The notes under the pieces: generated by a model
The model's database searches: none
Seen by the model: only the letters and a program-made list of their open reading frames with translations
What the model was told of the DNA's origin: nothing
Made by a program: the position numbers and the translations under genes
From: an uncultured Prevotellaceae bacterium
Lineage (GTDB): Bacteria; Bacteroidota; Bacteroidia; Bacteroidales; Bacteroidaceae
Length of the DNA: 64,000 nucleotides
Direction of reading: 5' to 3'
NCBI GenBank assembly: GCA_902800185.1
Contig: CADCDK010000002.1
Location: forward strand, 49,651 to 113,650
In this document: positions 55,033 through 64,000 of the stretch, piece by piece
How the letters are laid out: every line of letters starts with the position of its first letter
Position numbering within the stretch: the stretch's first letter is position 1

Positions 55033-56607
55033 ATGAAGACAGTTCTATTGAGAATCATGCTCTTGGCCATGCTCCCCTCATGTCTGTGGGCACAAAGGGT
55101 CAACGAGCAGCAGTTGAGGAAATTGCACATGGCGGAAGTGGCCATTAACCAGCTCTATGTAGATACGGTTAATGAAGAAAAGTTGGTGGAGGATGCTATC
55201 CGAGGCATGTTGGAGAAACTCGACCCCCATTCCTCTTATGCCACAGCCAAGGAAACCAAAGCCATGAACGAGCCGTTGCAGGGTTCCTTCGAGGGCATAG
55301 GTGTGCAGTTTAACATGGTGGAAGACACGCTCCTCGTCATTCAGACCGTCACCAATGGACCATCTGAGAAGGTAGGCATTCTTGCCGGTGACCGTATTGT
55401 TGCAGTCAACGACACCGCCATCGCCGGCGTGAAGATGTCGAAGGAGGATATCATGAAGCGGCTACGTGGTAAAAAAGGAACCAAGGTCAAGTTGGGAATA
55501 GTCCGTCGTGGCATTCGTGGCCAACTGACGTTTGTTGTCACTCGTGACAAGATTCCCATCCACACCCTTGATGCTTATTACATGCTGACTCCCACGGCCG
55601 GATATATCCGCATCGGTTCTTTCGGGGCAACGACCTACGATGAGTTCATGGCGGCTGCAGACACGCTTGAGAAGCGTAGTGGCGGCAAGCTACAGGATTT
55701 GGTCATAGACCTCCAGGAAAATGGTGGTGGCTACTTGCAGGCAGCCGTTCTGATTGCCAATGAGTTTTTGGACGATAAGGACCTCATTGTATATACAGAG
55801 GGAAGGGTTGCGACCCGACAGGAATACCGTGCTCAAGGCAACGGACGTTTCCGCAAGAATGTCAGGGTAATCGTGCTGATCAACGAATACTCGGCTTCGG
55901 CATCGGAGATTGTTACCGGTGCGTTGCAGGATAACGACCGTGCGCAGGTCGTTGGTCGTCGTTCCTTTGGTAAAGGACTGGTGCAGCGTCCGATAGATTT
56001 CCCTGACGGTTCGATGATGCGCCTGACAACAGCCCACTATTATACGCCTTCAGGAAGGTGCATACAGAAGCCCTACGTGAAAGGAGAAGGGCGTGAGTAT
56101 GCTGAAGATATTGAGCGTCGCTTCAAGCATGGAGAGCTTTATTCTGCCGACAGCATCCACTTTGCCGACTCGCTGAAGTTCTATACATTGCGGGAGCATC
56201 GGGTTGTTTATGGCGGAGGTGGTATTATGCCCGATCATTTCGTTCCGCTTGACACGACCAAGTTCACTCGGATGTATCGGCAAATGGCTGCTAAGAGTAT
56301 CGTTCTCAATGCCAATTTGAAGTATATTGACAAGCATCGCAAGCAGTTGAAAAAGACCTATCCTACGTTTGAGGAGTTCCGTATTCGTTATGAGCTACCC
56401 GAAGAGGTCATCGCAGGTGTGATGGCTGAGGCAGAGAAGGCGAAGATCAAACCGGCAGATGACGAGGAACGGGAACGGACAGTGAAGACATTGAAGCTGC
56501 AGATGAAAGCTCTCGTGGCACGTGACCTGTGGGATATGAGTGAATATTTTGCCGTTTACAATGAACAGAACGACATTGTGAAGAAAGCTGTAGAACTATT
56601 GAAATAG
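55033..56607 (+). CDS. S41 family C-terminal processing peptidase
   Basis: LDPHSSY, PDZ GIGVQF, DLQENGGG, SASASEIV, GRRSFGKGLVQ. Confidence 0.93.
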   Translation: MKTVLLRIMLLAMLPSCLWAQRVNEQQLRKLHMAEVAINQLYVDTVNEEKLVEDAIRGMLEKLDPHSSYATAKETKAMNEPLQGSFEGIGVQFNMVEDTLLVIQTVTNGPSEKVGILAGDRIVAVNDTAIAGVKMSKEDIMKRLRGKKGTKVKLGIVRRGIRGQLTFVVTRDKIPIHTLDAYYMLTPTAGYIRIGSFGATTYDEFMAAADTLEKRSGGKLQDLVIDLQENGGGYLQAAVLIANEFLDDKDLIVYTEGRVATRQEYRAQGNGRFRKNVRVIVLINEYSASASEIVTGALQDNDRAQVVGRRSFGKGLVQRPIDFPDGSMMRLTTAHYYTPSGRCIQKPYVKGEGREYAEDIERRFKHGELYSADSIHFADSLKFYTLREHRVVYGGGGIMPDHFVPLDTTKFTRMYRQMAAKSIVLNANLKYIDKHRKQLKKTYPTFEEFRIRYELPEEVIAGVMAEAEKAKIKPADDEERERTVKTLKLQMKALVARDLWDMSEYFAVYNEQNDIVKKAVELLK

Positions 56608-56629
56608 CAATTGTCAACACGCATCCTAA

Positions 56630-58669
56630 ATGAACGGATTTATGAAGAAAGTATTGTTTGCAGTCTTCATGCTGCTACTTCCAATCTTGGCAAGCGCACA
56701 AATGATGGAGCCTGTGAAGTTCTCGTCAACGTTGAAGAACCTTGATCAGGCAGAGGCGGAGATTGTTTTCAGTGCAACCATTGACAATGGCTGGCACGTG
56801 TATTCCACCGACTTGGTTGGTGATGGTCCCATTGCCGCCTCACTGCATGTCAATAGTCTGGAGGGTGTGGAGTTGGTTGGCAAGCTGCGTCCACGTGGCA
56901 AGGAAGTCAAGCAGTTCGATCCGATGTTTGGCATGGAGTTGCGTTTTTTCGAACATCGTGCCACGTTTGTGCAGCGTATCCGCTATACCAAGCCCCAGCA
57001 TATGATAGATGTCTATCTGGAATATGGTGCCTGCAACGACGAGATGTGTATGCCACCGAGCGAGGTTGCTTTCAAGCAGTCGGGGAAGAGCCCCCTCACC
57101 ATGTCTCCCAAGGAAGAGGAGAAGACTACTCCTCAGCCTGAGGAAGAGGAGGCAACCCCGGATACAAATGTCAACCAAGTAGATACAGCGGCACTCCTTT
57201 CCTCTGAGAAAGGGCAGGAGAGTGCTCTCCTATACACCCCTTCCATCAAGGATTTGCAAGCCTTTGGCGGTGCCGATGACATTGCCAGTCGCTCTTGGCT
57301 GTATGTCTTGCTGATGGGCTTTGTGGGCGGTCTGTTGGCTGTGTGCATGCCCTGTATCTGGCCCATTATTCCGATGACTGTGAGTTTCTTTCTCAAGCGG
57401 GCAAAGGACGATAAGCGTCGGGGTATTCGTGATGCCATGACATACGGACTTTCCATCATTGTCATCTATCTGGCATTGGGATTGGTGATCACCAGCCTGT
57501 TCGGCTCTGATACGCTGAACGCCATGTCCACCAATGCTGCCTTCAATATCTTCCTCTTCATCCTCTTGGTCGTTTTCGCTTTGTCATTTTTCGGTTGGTT
57601 CGAGCTGAGCCTGCCCGACAAGTGGGCGAATGCCGTTGACAGCAAGGCTTCATCGACAAGCGGTCTGCTCTCCATCTTCCTGATGGCGTTCACGCTCGTA
57701 TTGGTGTCGTTTTCCTGCACGGCTCCCATTGTGGGATTGCTACTTGTCGAGACGGCCACCAGTGGTAACTGGATAGCCCCTGCGCTGGGCATGTTCGGTT
57801 TTGCCTTGGCACTGGCTTTGCCGTTCACGCTCTTCGCCCTGTTCCCCTCTTGGCTGAAGCAGGCTCCGAAGTCTGGTTCGTGGATGAACACCTTGAAGAT
57901 TGTTCTTGGTTTCGTTGAGCTGGCGTTTGCCCTGAAGTTCTTTTCTGTGGCAGACCTCGCCTATGGCTGGCATCTGTTAGACCGTGAGGTATTCCTCTCG
58001 CTTTGGATTGTCATCTTCTTCATGCTCGGTCTTTACCTCATCGGCATCCTGAAGTTCCAGACGGATGCCATCAACTCCGACGGTAAGCCGATGCCCGTTC
58101 TCTGTATCATGGGTGGACTGGTATCGTTGGCTTTCGCCGTGTATATGCTTCCCGGACTATGGGGTGCTCCCTGCAAGGCGGTTAGTGCCTTCGCTCCACC
58201 GATGAACACGCAGGACTTCAACCTTAACAACCATGTGGTTGAAGCTCACTACACCGACTACGAGAGTGGCATGGCAGCCGCCCGCGCACAGGGAAAGCCC
58301 GTGCTTCTTGACTTTACTGGCTTTGGCTGTGTGAACTGTCGTAAGATGGAGGCCGCCGTTTGGACAGACCCGCGTGTGGCCGATATGCTCACCAAAGACT
58401 TTGTTCTCATCTCGCTCTATGTGGATGACCGCGCCAAGCTGCCAGAACCATTCGTGATAAACGAGAATGGAGAGAAGCGCATCATGACCACCGTGAAAGA
58501 AAAGAACAGTTGGCTACAGGCACATAAGTTCGGAGCCAACACTCAGCCGTTCTATGTTGCCGTTGATGCGAATGGCAAGCCGCTCGGCCCCTCCCACAGC
58601 TATAAGGAGGATGTCCCTGCATTCCTCCACTTCCTGCAGCGGGCACTCGACCAGTACAAAAGCCGATGA
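56630..58669 (+). CDS. dsbD: thiol:disulfide interchange protein DsbD
   Basis: N-domain GWHVYS..CNDEMCMPP, TM MPCIWPIIP and SCTAP, thioredoxin GCVNCRKME. Confidence 0.9.
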   Translation: MNGFMKKVLFAVFMLLLPILASAQMMEPVKFSSTLKNLDQAEAEIVFSATIDNGWHVYSTDLVGDGPIAASLHVNSLEGVELVGKLRPRGKEVKQFDPMFGMELRFFEHRATFVQRIRYTKPQHMIDVYLEYGACNDEMCMPPSEVAFKQSGKSPLTMSPKEEEKTTPQPEEEEATPDTNVNQVDTAALLSSEKGQESALLYTPSIKDLQAFGGADDIASRSWLYVLLMGFVGGLLAVCMPCIWPIIPMTVSFFLKRAKDDKRRGIRDAMTYGLSIIVIYLALGLVITSLFGSDTLNAMSTNAAFNIFLFILLVVFALSFFGWFELSLPDKWANAVDSKASSTSGLLSIFLMAFTLVLVSFSCTAPIVGLLLVETATSGNWIAPALGMFGFALALALPFTLFALFPSWLKQAPKSGSWMNTLKIVLGFVELAFALKFFSVADLAYGWHLLDREVFLSLWIVIFFMLGLYLIGILKFQTDAINSDGKPMPVLCIMGGLVSLAFAVYMLPGLWGAPCKAVSAFAPPMNTQDFNLNNHVVEAHYTDYESGMAAARAQGKPVLLDFTGFGCVNCRKMEAAVWTDPRVADMLTKDFVLISLYVDDRAKLPEPFVINENGEKRIMTTVKEKNSWLQAHKFGANTQPFYVAVDANGKPLGPSHSYKEDVPAFLHFLQRALDQYKSR

Positions 58670-59937
58670 GTTGCATGGGGACAACACTGCCCGAGCCGTG
58701 GCTCAACGAAGCGACGGTGGAGTATGCACGACGGCATGCCGATGATGACGTGCGGCAACTTGCCCTGCAAGGAACGAAATCGAAAGAGATCAACCTGCAG
58801 CGGGCACTTGACCAGATTCGTGGTAAGCAGATGGCACGGCGAAAGCTCCCCACTTGGGCATCGAACAGCGATATCTGGTATCCCCCCCACCTTTCCATGG
58901 AACAGTGTTCCAGCGAACAGACCGCTCGCTATAAAGGGAAACTTGTTGGCAGACTGTTTTCCTCCTCTCTCTCTGGGGATGGAATAGGGAACCTCTTTGT
59001 TGACCTCACGGGCGGTTTCGGTGTCGATTTCGCCTTCATTGTTTCAGAACTATCCACTCATTTCTCTTCTTCCCTTGGGGAATCAAGAGGGAGGCTTCTT
59101 TATGTGGAACAGCAACCCCACCTCTGTGAGCTTGCCCGTCACAATTTTCAGTTGTTGGGATTAGAGGGTGTGGAGGTTATCCAGGGTGATGGAACCGAGT
59201 ATTTGCACACGCTCATACAGGCCCGAGTCATCTTCCTCGACCCAGCACGACGCGACACACAGGGTGCAAGGACTTATGCCATCAGTGACTGTACGCCTGA
59301 TGTGCTTGCGCTGCGCGACAAGCTACTCCAGAAAGCCGACTATGTCGTTGTGAAACTCTCGCCCATGCTCGACTGGCATCAAGCCGTAGAACAGTTGCAA
59401 ACCGTTACCGAGGTACATATCCTCTCTGTCGGCAACGAGTGCAAGGAACTGCTCTTGGTGATGAAAAGCCAACCGTCGAAGGGTTGTAAAGTGTTCTGTG
59501 TCAACGATGACACCGTCTTTTCCTATGAACAGTCTTGCACTCCCTCACTCCCCAGCGTCCTCGTATCCCCGTCCCCTCGTCATTGGCTTTACGAGCCCAA
59601 CGCCTCTATCATGAAGGCAGGATGCTTCAGCGAGCTTGCTGCCGAATATCCCGTTTGTCAACTTTCTGTCAACACACATCTCTTCCTATCGGAAGAAAAC
59701 ATTTCTGCATTTCCAGGCAGAAAGTTCCAGATCATATCCGTTTCATCGCTTAACAAGCGCGAGCTGCGCACCACGTTGCAGGGTATCGACCATGCCAACG
59801 TTGCCGTCCGCAATTTCCCTATGAGTGCTGATGAGCTCCGCCGTCGGCTGAAGCTCAAAGACGGTGGTGACACCTACCTCTTTGGGGTTACGCTCAACGA
59901 CGGAACCCATGCTCTGCTTCTTTGCAGCAAAGTGTAA
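58666..59937 (+). CDS. SAM-dependent methyltransferase with THUMP-like domain
   Basis: SMEQCSSEQTARYK, DLTGGFGVD, FLDPARR, KLSPMLD, LYEPNASIMKAG. Confidence 0.85.
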   Translation: MSCMGTTLPEPWLNEATVEYARRHADDDVRQLALQGTKSKEINLQRALDQIRGKQMARRKLPTWASNSDIWYPPHLSMEQCSSEQTARYKGKLVGRLFSSSLSGDGIGNLFVDLTGGFGVDFAFIVSELSTHFSSSLGESRGRLLYVEQQPHLCELARHNFQLLGLEGVEVIQGDGTEYLHTLIQARVIFLDPARRDTQGARTYAISDCTPDVLALRDKLLQKADYVVVKLSPMLDWHQAVEQLQTVTEVHILSVGNECKELLLVMKSQPSKGCKVFCVNDDTVFSYEQSCTPSLPSVLVSPSPRHWLYEPNASIMKAGCFSELAAEYPVCQLSVNTHLFLSEENISAFPGRKFQIISVSSLNKRELRTTLQGIDHANVAVRNFPMSADELRRRLKLKDGGDTYLFGVTLNDGTHALLLCSKV

Positions 59938-60026
59938 ATGTATCTATGTTCTCTCTTTTTTGCACTTTTGTGTGATTCCTTCATTACTTTTTCGTACCTT
60001 TGCACCCGAATTATATTGCTATACAA

Positions 60027-61907
60027 TTGAAGACATTTGAAGAATTGGGCGTCAGCGAGGAGATTCGCCGCGCCATTAGTGAACTGGGCTTTGAGAATCC
60101 CATGCCCGTTCAAGAAGAAGTAATCCCGTATTTACTTGGTAATCGTAACGATGTAATCGCTCTGGCACAGACTGGAACGGGCAAGACCGCTGCTTTCGGC
60201 ATTCCGCTTCTGCAACGCATCGATCCGAAGAACCGTGAGACGCAGGCCCTCATCCTGAGTCCCACCCGTGAGCTGTGCCTGCAAATCAGTGATGATATCA
60301 AGGACTTTGCCAAGTATATTCCTGGTATCAACATCGTTCCCGTGTATGGAGGAACGAGCATCAATAACCAGATACACGCCCTGCGCCACGGAGCGCAAAT
60401 CATCGTTGCCACCCCTGGCCGACTCATCGACCTGATGAACCGTGGCAAAGCCGACCTTGAGCACGTGAACAACGTGGTGCTCGACGAGGCCGACGAGATG
60501 CTGAACATGGGCTTCTCGGAGAGTATCAACGAGATTTTCGAGCATGTGCCCGAAGACCGCAACACGTTGCTCTTCTCCGCCACCATGAGCAAGGAGATAG
60601 AGAAAATTGCCCTCAACTACCTGCACGACCACAAGGAAATTGTCGTGGGCAGCCGCAACGAGGGAGCCGAAAATGTGAATCACGTCTATTATCTGGTGAA
60701 TGCCAAGGACAAGTACCTTGCTTTGAAGCGCATCGTCGATTTTCATCCGCGCATCTTCGCCATCATCTTCTGCCGTACTAAGGTGGAGACACAGGAGATT
60801 GCCGACAAGCTCATACACGACGGCTACAATGCTGAGGCTCTACACGGAGACCTCTCACAGGATCAGCGAGACCTGACCATGCAGAAGTTCCGCCAGCATC
60901 TCACGCAGCTGCTCGTGGCTACCGATGTCGCCGCACGCGGACTCGACGTGGACGACCTGACACACGTCATCAACTACGGACTGCCCGATGACATCGAGAA
61001 CTACACCCACCGCTCGGGTCGTACCGGTCGCGCGGGTAAGAAGGGAACCTCCATCTCCATCATACACACCCGTGAGAAGCATAAGGTACGCAACATTGAG
61101 AAGGTTATCGGCAAGGAATTTGTTGACGGAACCCTGCCCTCACCGCAGGAGATCTGTACCAAGCAGCTCTATCGGGCCATGGACAGAATCGAGAAGGTTG
61201 ATGTGGACGAGGAACAGATCGCTCCCTTCATGAAGGAAATCAACCGTCACTTCGAGTTCATGGACAAAGAGGTCATCATCAAGAAACTGGTGTCCATGAC
61301 CTTTGGACGTTTCCTTGCCTACTATGCCGATGCTCCCGAGATTGAGAAGCCGACATCCGGAAAGAGAAGCCGGGAAGAGGGAGGAGAGCGGAGAACTGAC
61401 AAGAACGGACGTGACCGTGGTCCCCGTAAGGCAGAGAAAGGCTATGCCCGCCTGTTCATCAATCTGGGCAAGGCCGACGGATTCTACCCAGGCGAGGTCA
61501 TGCAGTTCCTTAACCGTCACATCGAGGGCAAGCAACAGGTGGGACACATCGATCTCCTGCAGAAGTTCTGCTACATCGAGGTACCCGAGCGTGATGCGCG
61601 TAAGGTAATGGATGCCATTGACGGAACGTTCTATAAGAACCGTCAGGTGCGCTGTAATCCCGCCGACGAGACACCACAGGAGCGAGAGAACAGAGGCTCT
61701 CGGGGCGGAAATGCAGGCAGGGCTGCCAAGGCTCCGCAGGGGAAACGGCGTGGAAGAACTATCTTCGACGACGTTCCAGCGCATCAGACGAGATTCAAGA
61801 AAGAGGACTGGATGAAATTCCTGCATCCTGACACCATGAAACTGAAAGGCGAAGAACCCGACTTCAGCGAAGAAGGATGGGCACGCCGTAAACCCCGTAA
61901 AAAATAA
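60027..61907 (+). CDS. DEAD-box RNA helicase with DbpA RNA-binding domain
   Basis: AQTGTGKT, PTRELC, DEAD, SAT, HRSGRTGRAG; probable TTG start at 60027. Confidence 0.95.
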   Translation: MKTFEELGVSEEIRRAISELGFENPMPVQEEVIPYLLGNRNDVIALAQTGTGKTAAFGIPLLQRIDPKNRETQALILSPTRELCLQISDDIKDFAKYIPGINIVPVYGGTSINNQIHALRHGAQIIVATPGRLIDLMNRGKADLEHVNNVVLDEADEMLNMGFSESINEIFEHVPEDRNTLLFSATMSKEIEKIALNYLHDHKEIVVGSRNEGAENVNHVYYLVNAKDKYLALKRIVDFHPRIFAIIFCRTKVETQEIADKLIHDGYNAEALHGDLSQDQRDLTMQKFRQHLTQLLVATDVAARGLDVDDLTHVINYGLPDDIENYTHRSGRTGRAGKKGTSISIIHTREKHKVRNIEKVIGKEFVDGTLPSPQEICTKQLYRAMDRIEKVDVDEEQIAPFMKEINRHFEFMDKEVIIKKLVSMTFGRFLAYYADAPEIEKPTSGKRSREEGGERRTDKNGRDRGPRKAEKGYARLFINLGKADGFYPGEVMQFLNRHIEGKQQVGHIDLLQKFCYIEVPERDARKVMDAIDGTFYKNRQVRCNPADETPQERENRGSRGGNAGRAAKAPQGKRRGRTIFDDVPAHQTRFKKEDWMKFLHPDTMKLKGEEPDFSEEGWARRKPRKK

Positions 61908-61913
61908 GAAGTC

Positions 61914-62780
61914 ATGAAAAAAGCAGTCGTTTTCCTTGTTCTCATCGCCGCTTGTGTATTTTCTGTTCAGGCGCAGGAGCTGCGGGTGGGCACATATAAT
62001 ATAAGGTATAAGAACTCCGATGACTCCATCAAGGGGAACGTCTGGTCGAAACGCTGTCAGGTCATCTGCGATCAGGTGAATGTTGAGAGTCCCGATGTGT
62101 GGGGCGCACAGGAGGTGCTCCACTCACAGCTCATCGACATGCTTGACCGCCTCGACAACTATGGTTACATCGGTGTCGGACGCGATGACGGTGACAAGAA
62201 AGGGGAGTACGCCGCCATCTTCTACAAGAAAGACCGCATGCAGTTGCTTGACAGCGGACACTTCTGGCTCAATGAGACCCCCGACAAGCCCGCTTTGGGA
62301 TGGGATGCCGCCTGCGTGCGAATCTGTACATGGGGGAAGTTCGTTCAGAAGAGGGAAGGAGCTCAAGTGTCTCAACCTTCACCCATCTTCTTCTTCAACC
62401 TCCACATGGATCATGTGGGCGTGGTAGCACGAAGGGAAGCCGCACGTTTGGTCATCAGTAAGATCAAGGAGTTGGCTGCCGGAGCACCCGTCATCCTGAC
62501 AGGCGATTTCAACGTTGACCAGACAGATGAAATCTACGGAATCTTCACGAACTCGGGCATCCTTGTCGATACATACGATACAGCCCGACTGCGCTTTGCC
62601 GAGAACGGAACCTTCCAGGCCTATAAGACCGACTTCAAGACCCAAGGGCGCATCGACCACATTTTTGTCTCAACCGATTGGGCAGTAGAATCCTATGCCC
62701 TTCGCACCGACAGCTATTGGACCGACCGGCGGCGTAATGCCTCCGACCACTATCCCGTCTTCGTCCGATTGAAGCAGTAA
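61914..62780 (+). CDS. secreted endonuclease/exonuclease/phosphatase family protein
   Basis: GTYNIRY, GAQE, GVGRDDG, TGDFN, IDHIF, SDHYPV. Confidence 0.9.
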   Translation: MKKAVVFLVLIAACVFSVQAQELRVGTYNIRYKNSDDSIKGNVWSKRCQVICDQVNVESPDVWGAQEVLHSQLIDMLDRLDNYGYIGVGRDDGDKKGEYAAIFYKKDRMQLLDSGHFWLNETPDKPALGWDAACVRICTWGKFVQKREGAQVSQPSPIFFFNLHMDHVGVVARREAARLVISKIKELAAGAPVILTGDFNVDQTDEIYGIFTNSGILVDTYDTARLRFAENGTFQAYKTDFKTQGRIDHIFVSTDWAVESYALRTDSYWTDRRRNASDHYPVFVRLKQ

Positions 62781-62890
62781 GACAAGGTAAATTCTTGCCG
62801 AAGCGGGGAAGAAAGCTCATTTTTTTCTCACAAATGCTTTCTTTTATAATTTTTTTCTTATCTTTGTCGCAGATTAAAAACTAAAAACCT

Positions 62891-63757
62891 ATGACGAAGA
62901 ATTTCCTTTGGCTGTATATCATGGCAGCCTTTATCTGCATTTCATGCGGTGGTAACCAAGAAACGAAGCTGCAAAAACAGATCGACTCTCTGCAAAATCT
63001 CTATGACAAGCAAACGGCCGACTACAATGGTTTAAACGAATATCTGTCTGTCATTGCTGACGGACTTGACAGCATTGCCGCACAGGAGGGACAGATTTTC
63101 AATGCAAACAACACCCCTGGCGAGAGTCCTGCACTGAATCGTGAACGCATCAAAAAGAATCTGTCTGCATTCCAGCAGACCCTTGCCGTCCAGCGCCAGC
63201 GCATAGAGGATATAGAAAAGAAGCTGAACGCCTCAACGGGAGGTGCCGCCAAGTTGCGCACCATCATTGCCTCGCTCAAGCAACAGTTGGAAGCCAAGGA
63301 CTCTGAAATGGCACAACTGCGAGAAGAGCTGAACAACAAGAATGTCAGCATTGCACAACTGAAGACACGTGCCGCTGCATTGCAACAGACCAATGCGATG
63401 AATGAAATGCTCATTGCCGAGCAAGCAGAGGTCATGAAAGCACAAGACGAAATGGTGAACGAGGGCTATGTCCTCACGGCATCGAAAGCTGAATTGAAAA
63501 AGAAGGGTATTCTCACGGGGGGAGTATTGCAAAAGAAATCGATAGACTACAACAGTCTGAACAAGAGTCATTTCAAGCGAATAGACATTCGCGAATTCAG
63601 TGAGCTGACCATCAACTCCAAGGCTCCCAAGATTCTGACTCCCGTACCCAAAGATTCCTATCAATTGGTGAAGCAGGGCAGTACCACGGTACTGAAAGTT
63701 ACCAATCCTGGACGTTTTTGGAGCATCTCTACCTATCTCGTGATCCAAACTGACTAA
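62891..63757 (+). CDS. coiled-coil lipoprotein of unknown function
   Basis: Lipobox ICISC, long heptad-rich region, C-terminal beta domain ending FWSISTYLVI. Confidence 0.75.
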   Translation: MTKNFLWLYIMAAFICISCGGNQETKLQKQIDSLQNLYDKQTADYNGLNEYLSVIADGLDSIAAQEGQIFNANNTPGESPALNRERIKKNLSAFQQTLAVQRQRIEDIEKKLNASTGGAAKLRTIIASLKQQLEAKDSEMAQLREELNNKNVSIAQLKTRAAALQQTNAMNEMLIAEQAEVMKAQDEMVNEGYVLTASKAELKKKGILTGGVLQKKSIDYNSLNKSHFKRIDIREFSELTINSKAPKILTPVPKDSYQLVKQGSTTVLKVTNPGRFWSISTYLVIQTD

Positions 63758-63766
63758 CTCAAGTTT

Positions 63767-64000
63767 ATGAGACAACTAACGCTATTACTTCTGTTCCTGT
63801 GTACCGTCGCCTTCAACTTGAAGGCACAGACGGAACATGTTATCCAGCGTGGGGAAACGCTTGAAACCATTGCCAAGCACTATGGAGTGACTGTCGATGA
63901 GCTGAAGAGTGCCAATCCCAAGTTGAATTTCGTCTATGCAGGAAAGAAGTTGAACATCCCTGTCAAAGGCGAAGCCACTAACACGCAGCAGTCCGTCACG
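63767..64000 (+). CDS. LysM-domain secreted protein (partial)
   Basis: Read manually: MRQLTLLLLFLCTVAFNLKAQ-TEHVIQRGETLETIAKHYGVTVDELKSANP..AGKKLNIP. Confidence 0.85.
   Translation, partial: MRQLTLLLLFLCTVAFNLKAQTEHVIQRGETLETIAKHYGVTVDELKSANPKLNFVYAGKKLNIPVKGEATNTQQSVT

Overview
Chromosomal segment of a Bacteroidales bacterium, most likely Prevotellaceae. This is inferred from TAnnTTTG promoter boxes, Prevotella-type 'YDLxGR..KGIYI..GKK' C-terminal sorting tails and gene content. Most of it is housekeeping: polA, polyprenyl synthase, deoC, dtd, uvrC, apt, mnmG, frdCAB/sdhCAB, pgeF, murQ, ruvB, lepB, dusB, dprA, dapB, ybeY, coaD, parE, S41 peptidase, dsbD and a DEAD-box helicase. It also carries a tRNA-Val(CAC) and two parS sites, suggesting an origin-proximal position. 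Most notable: (1) a Y1/HUH (RAYT-like) nuclease fused to a DprA/SLOG-like domain, with a perfect 27-bp palindrome just past its stop, a second copy in-frame inside its own ORF and an array of half-site copies; (2) a gene cluster encoding an output-less CHASE2 membrane sensor, a small secreted protein, a secreted TPR-CHAT protease with intact dyad and an OmpA protein; (3) a 74-aa, 21-Cys metallothionein-like tail on the fumarate reductase/succinate dehydrogenase cytochrome b subunit. Also present are decayed HicB and Fic relics, a secreted zincin cluster, repeat-derived in-frame inserts and apparently helically phased back-to-back promoters. All family assignments come from motif recognition by eye, not database searches.
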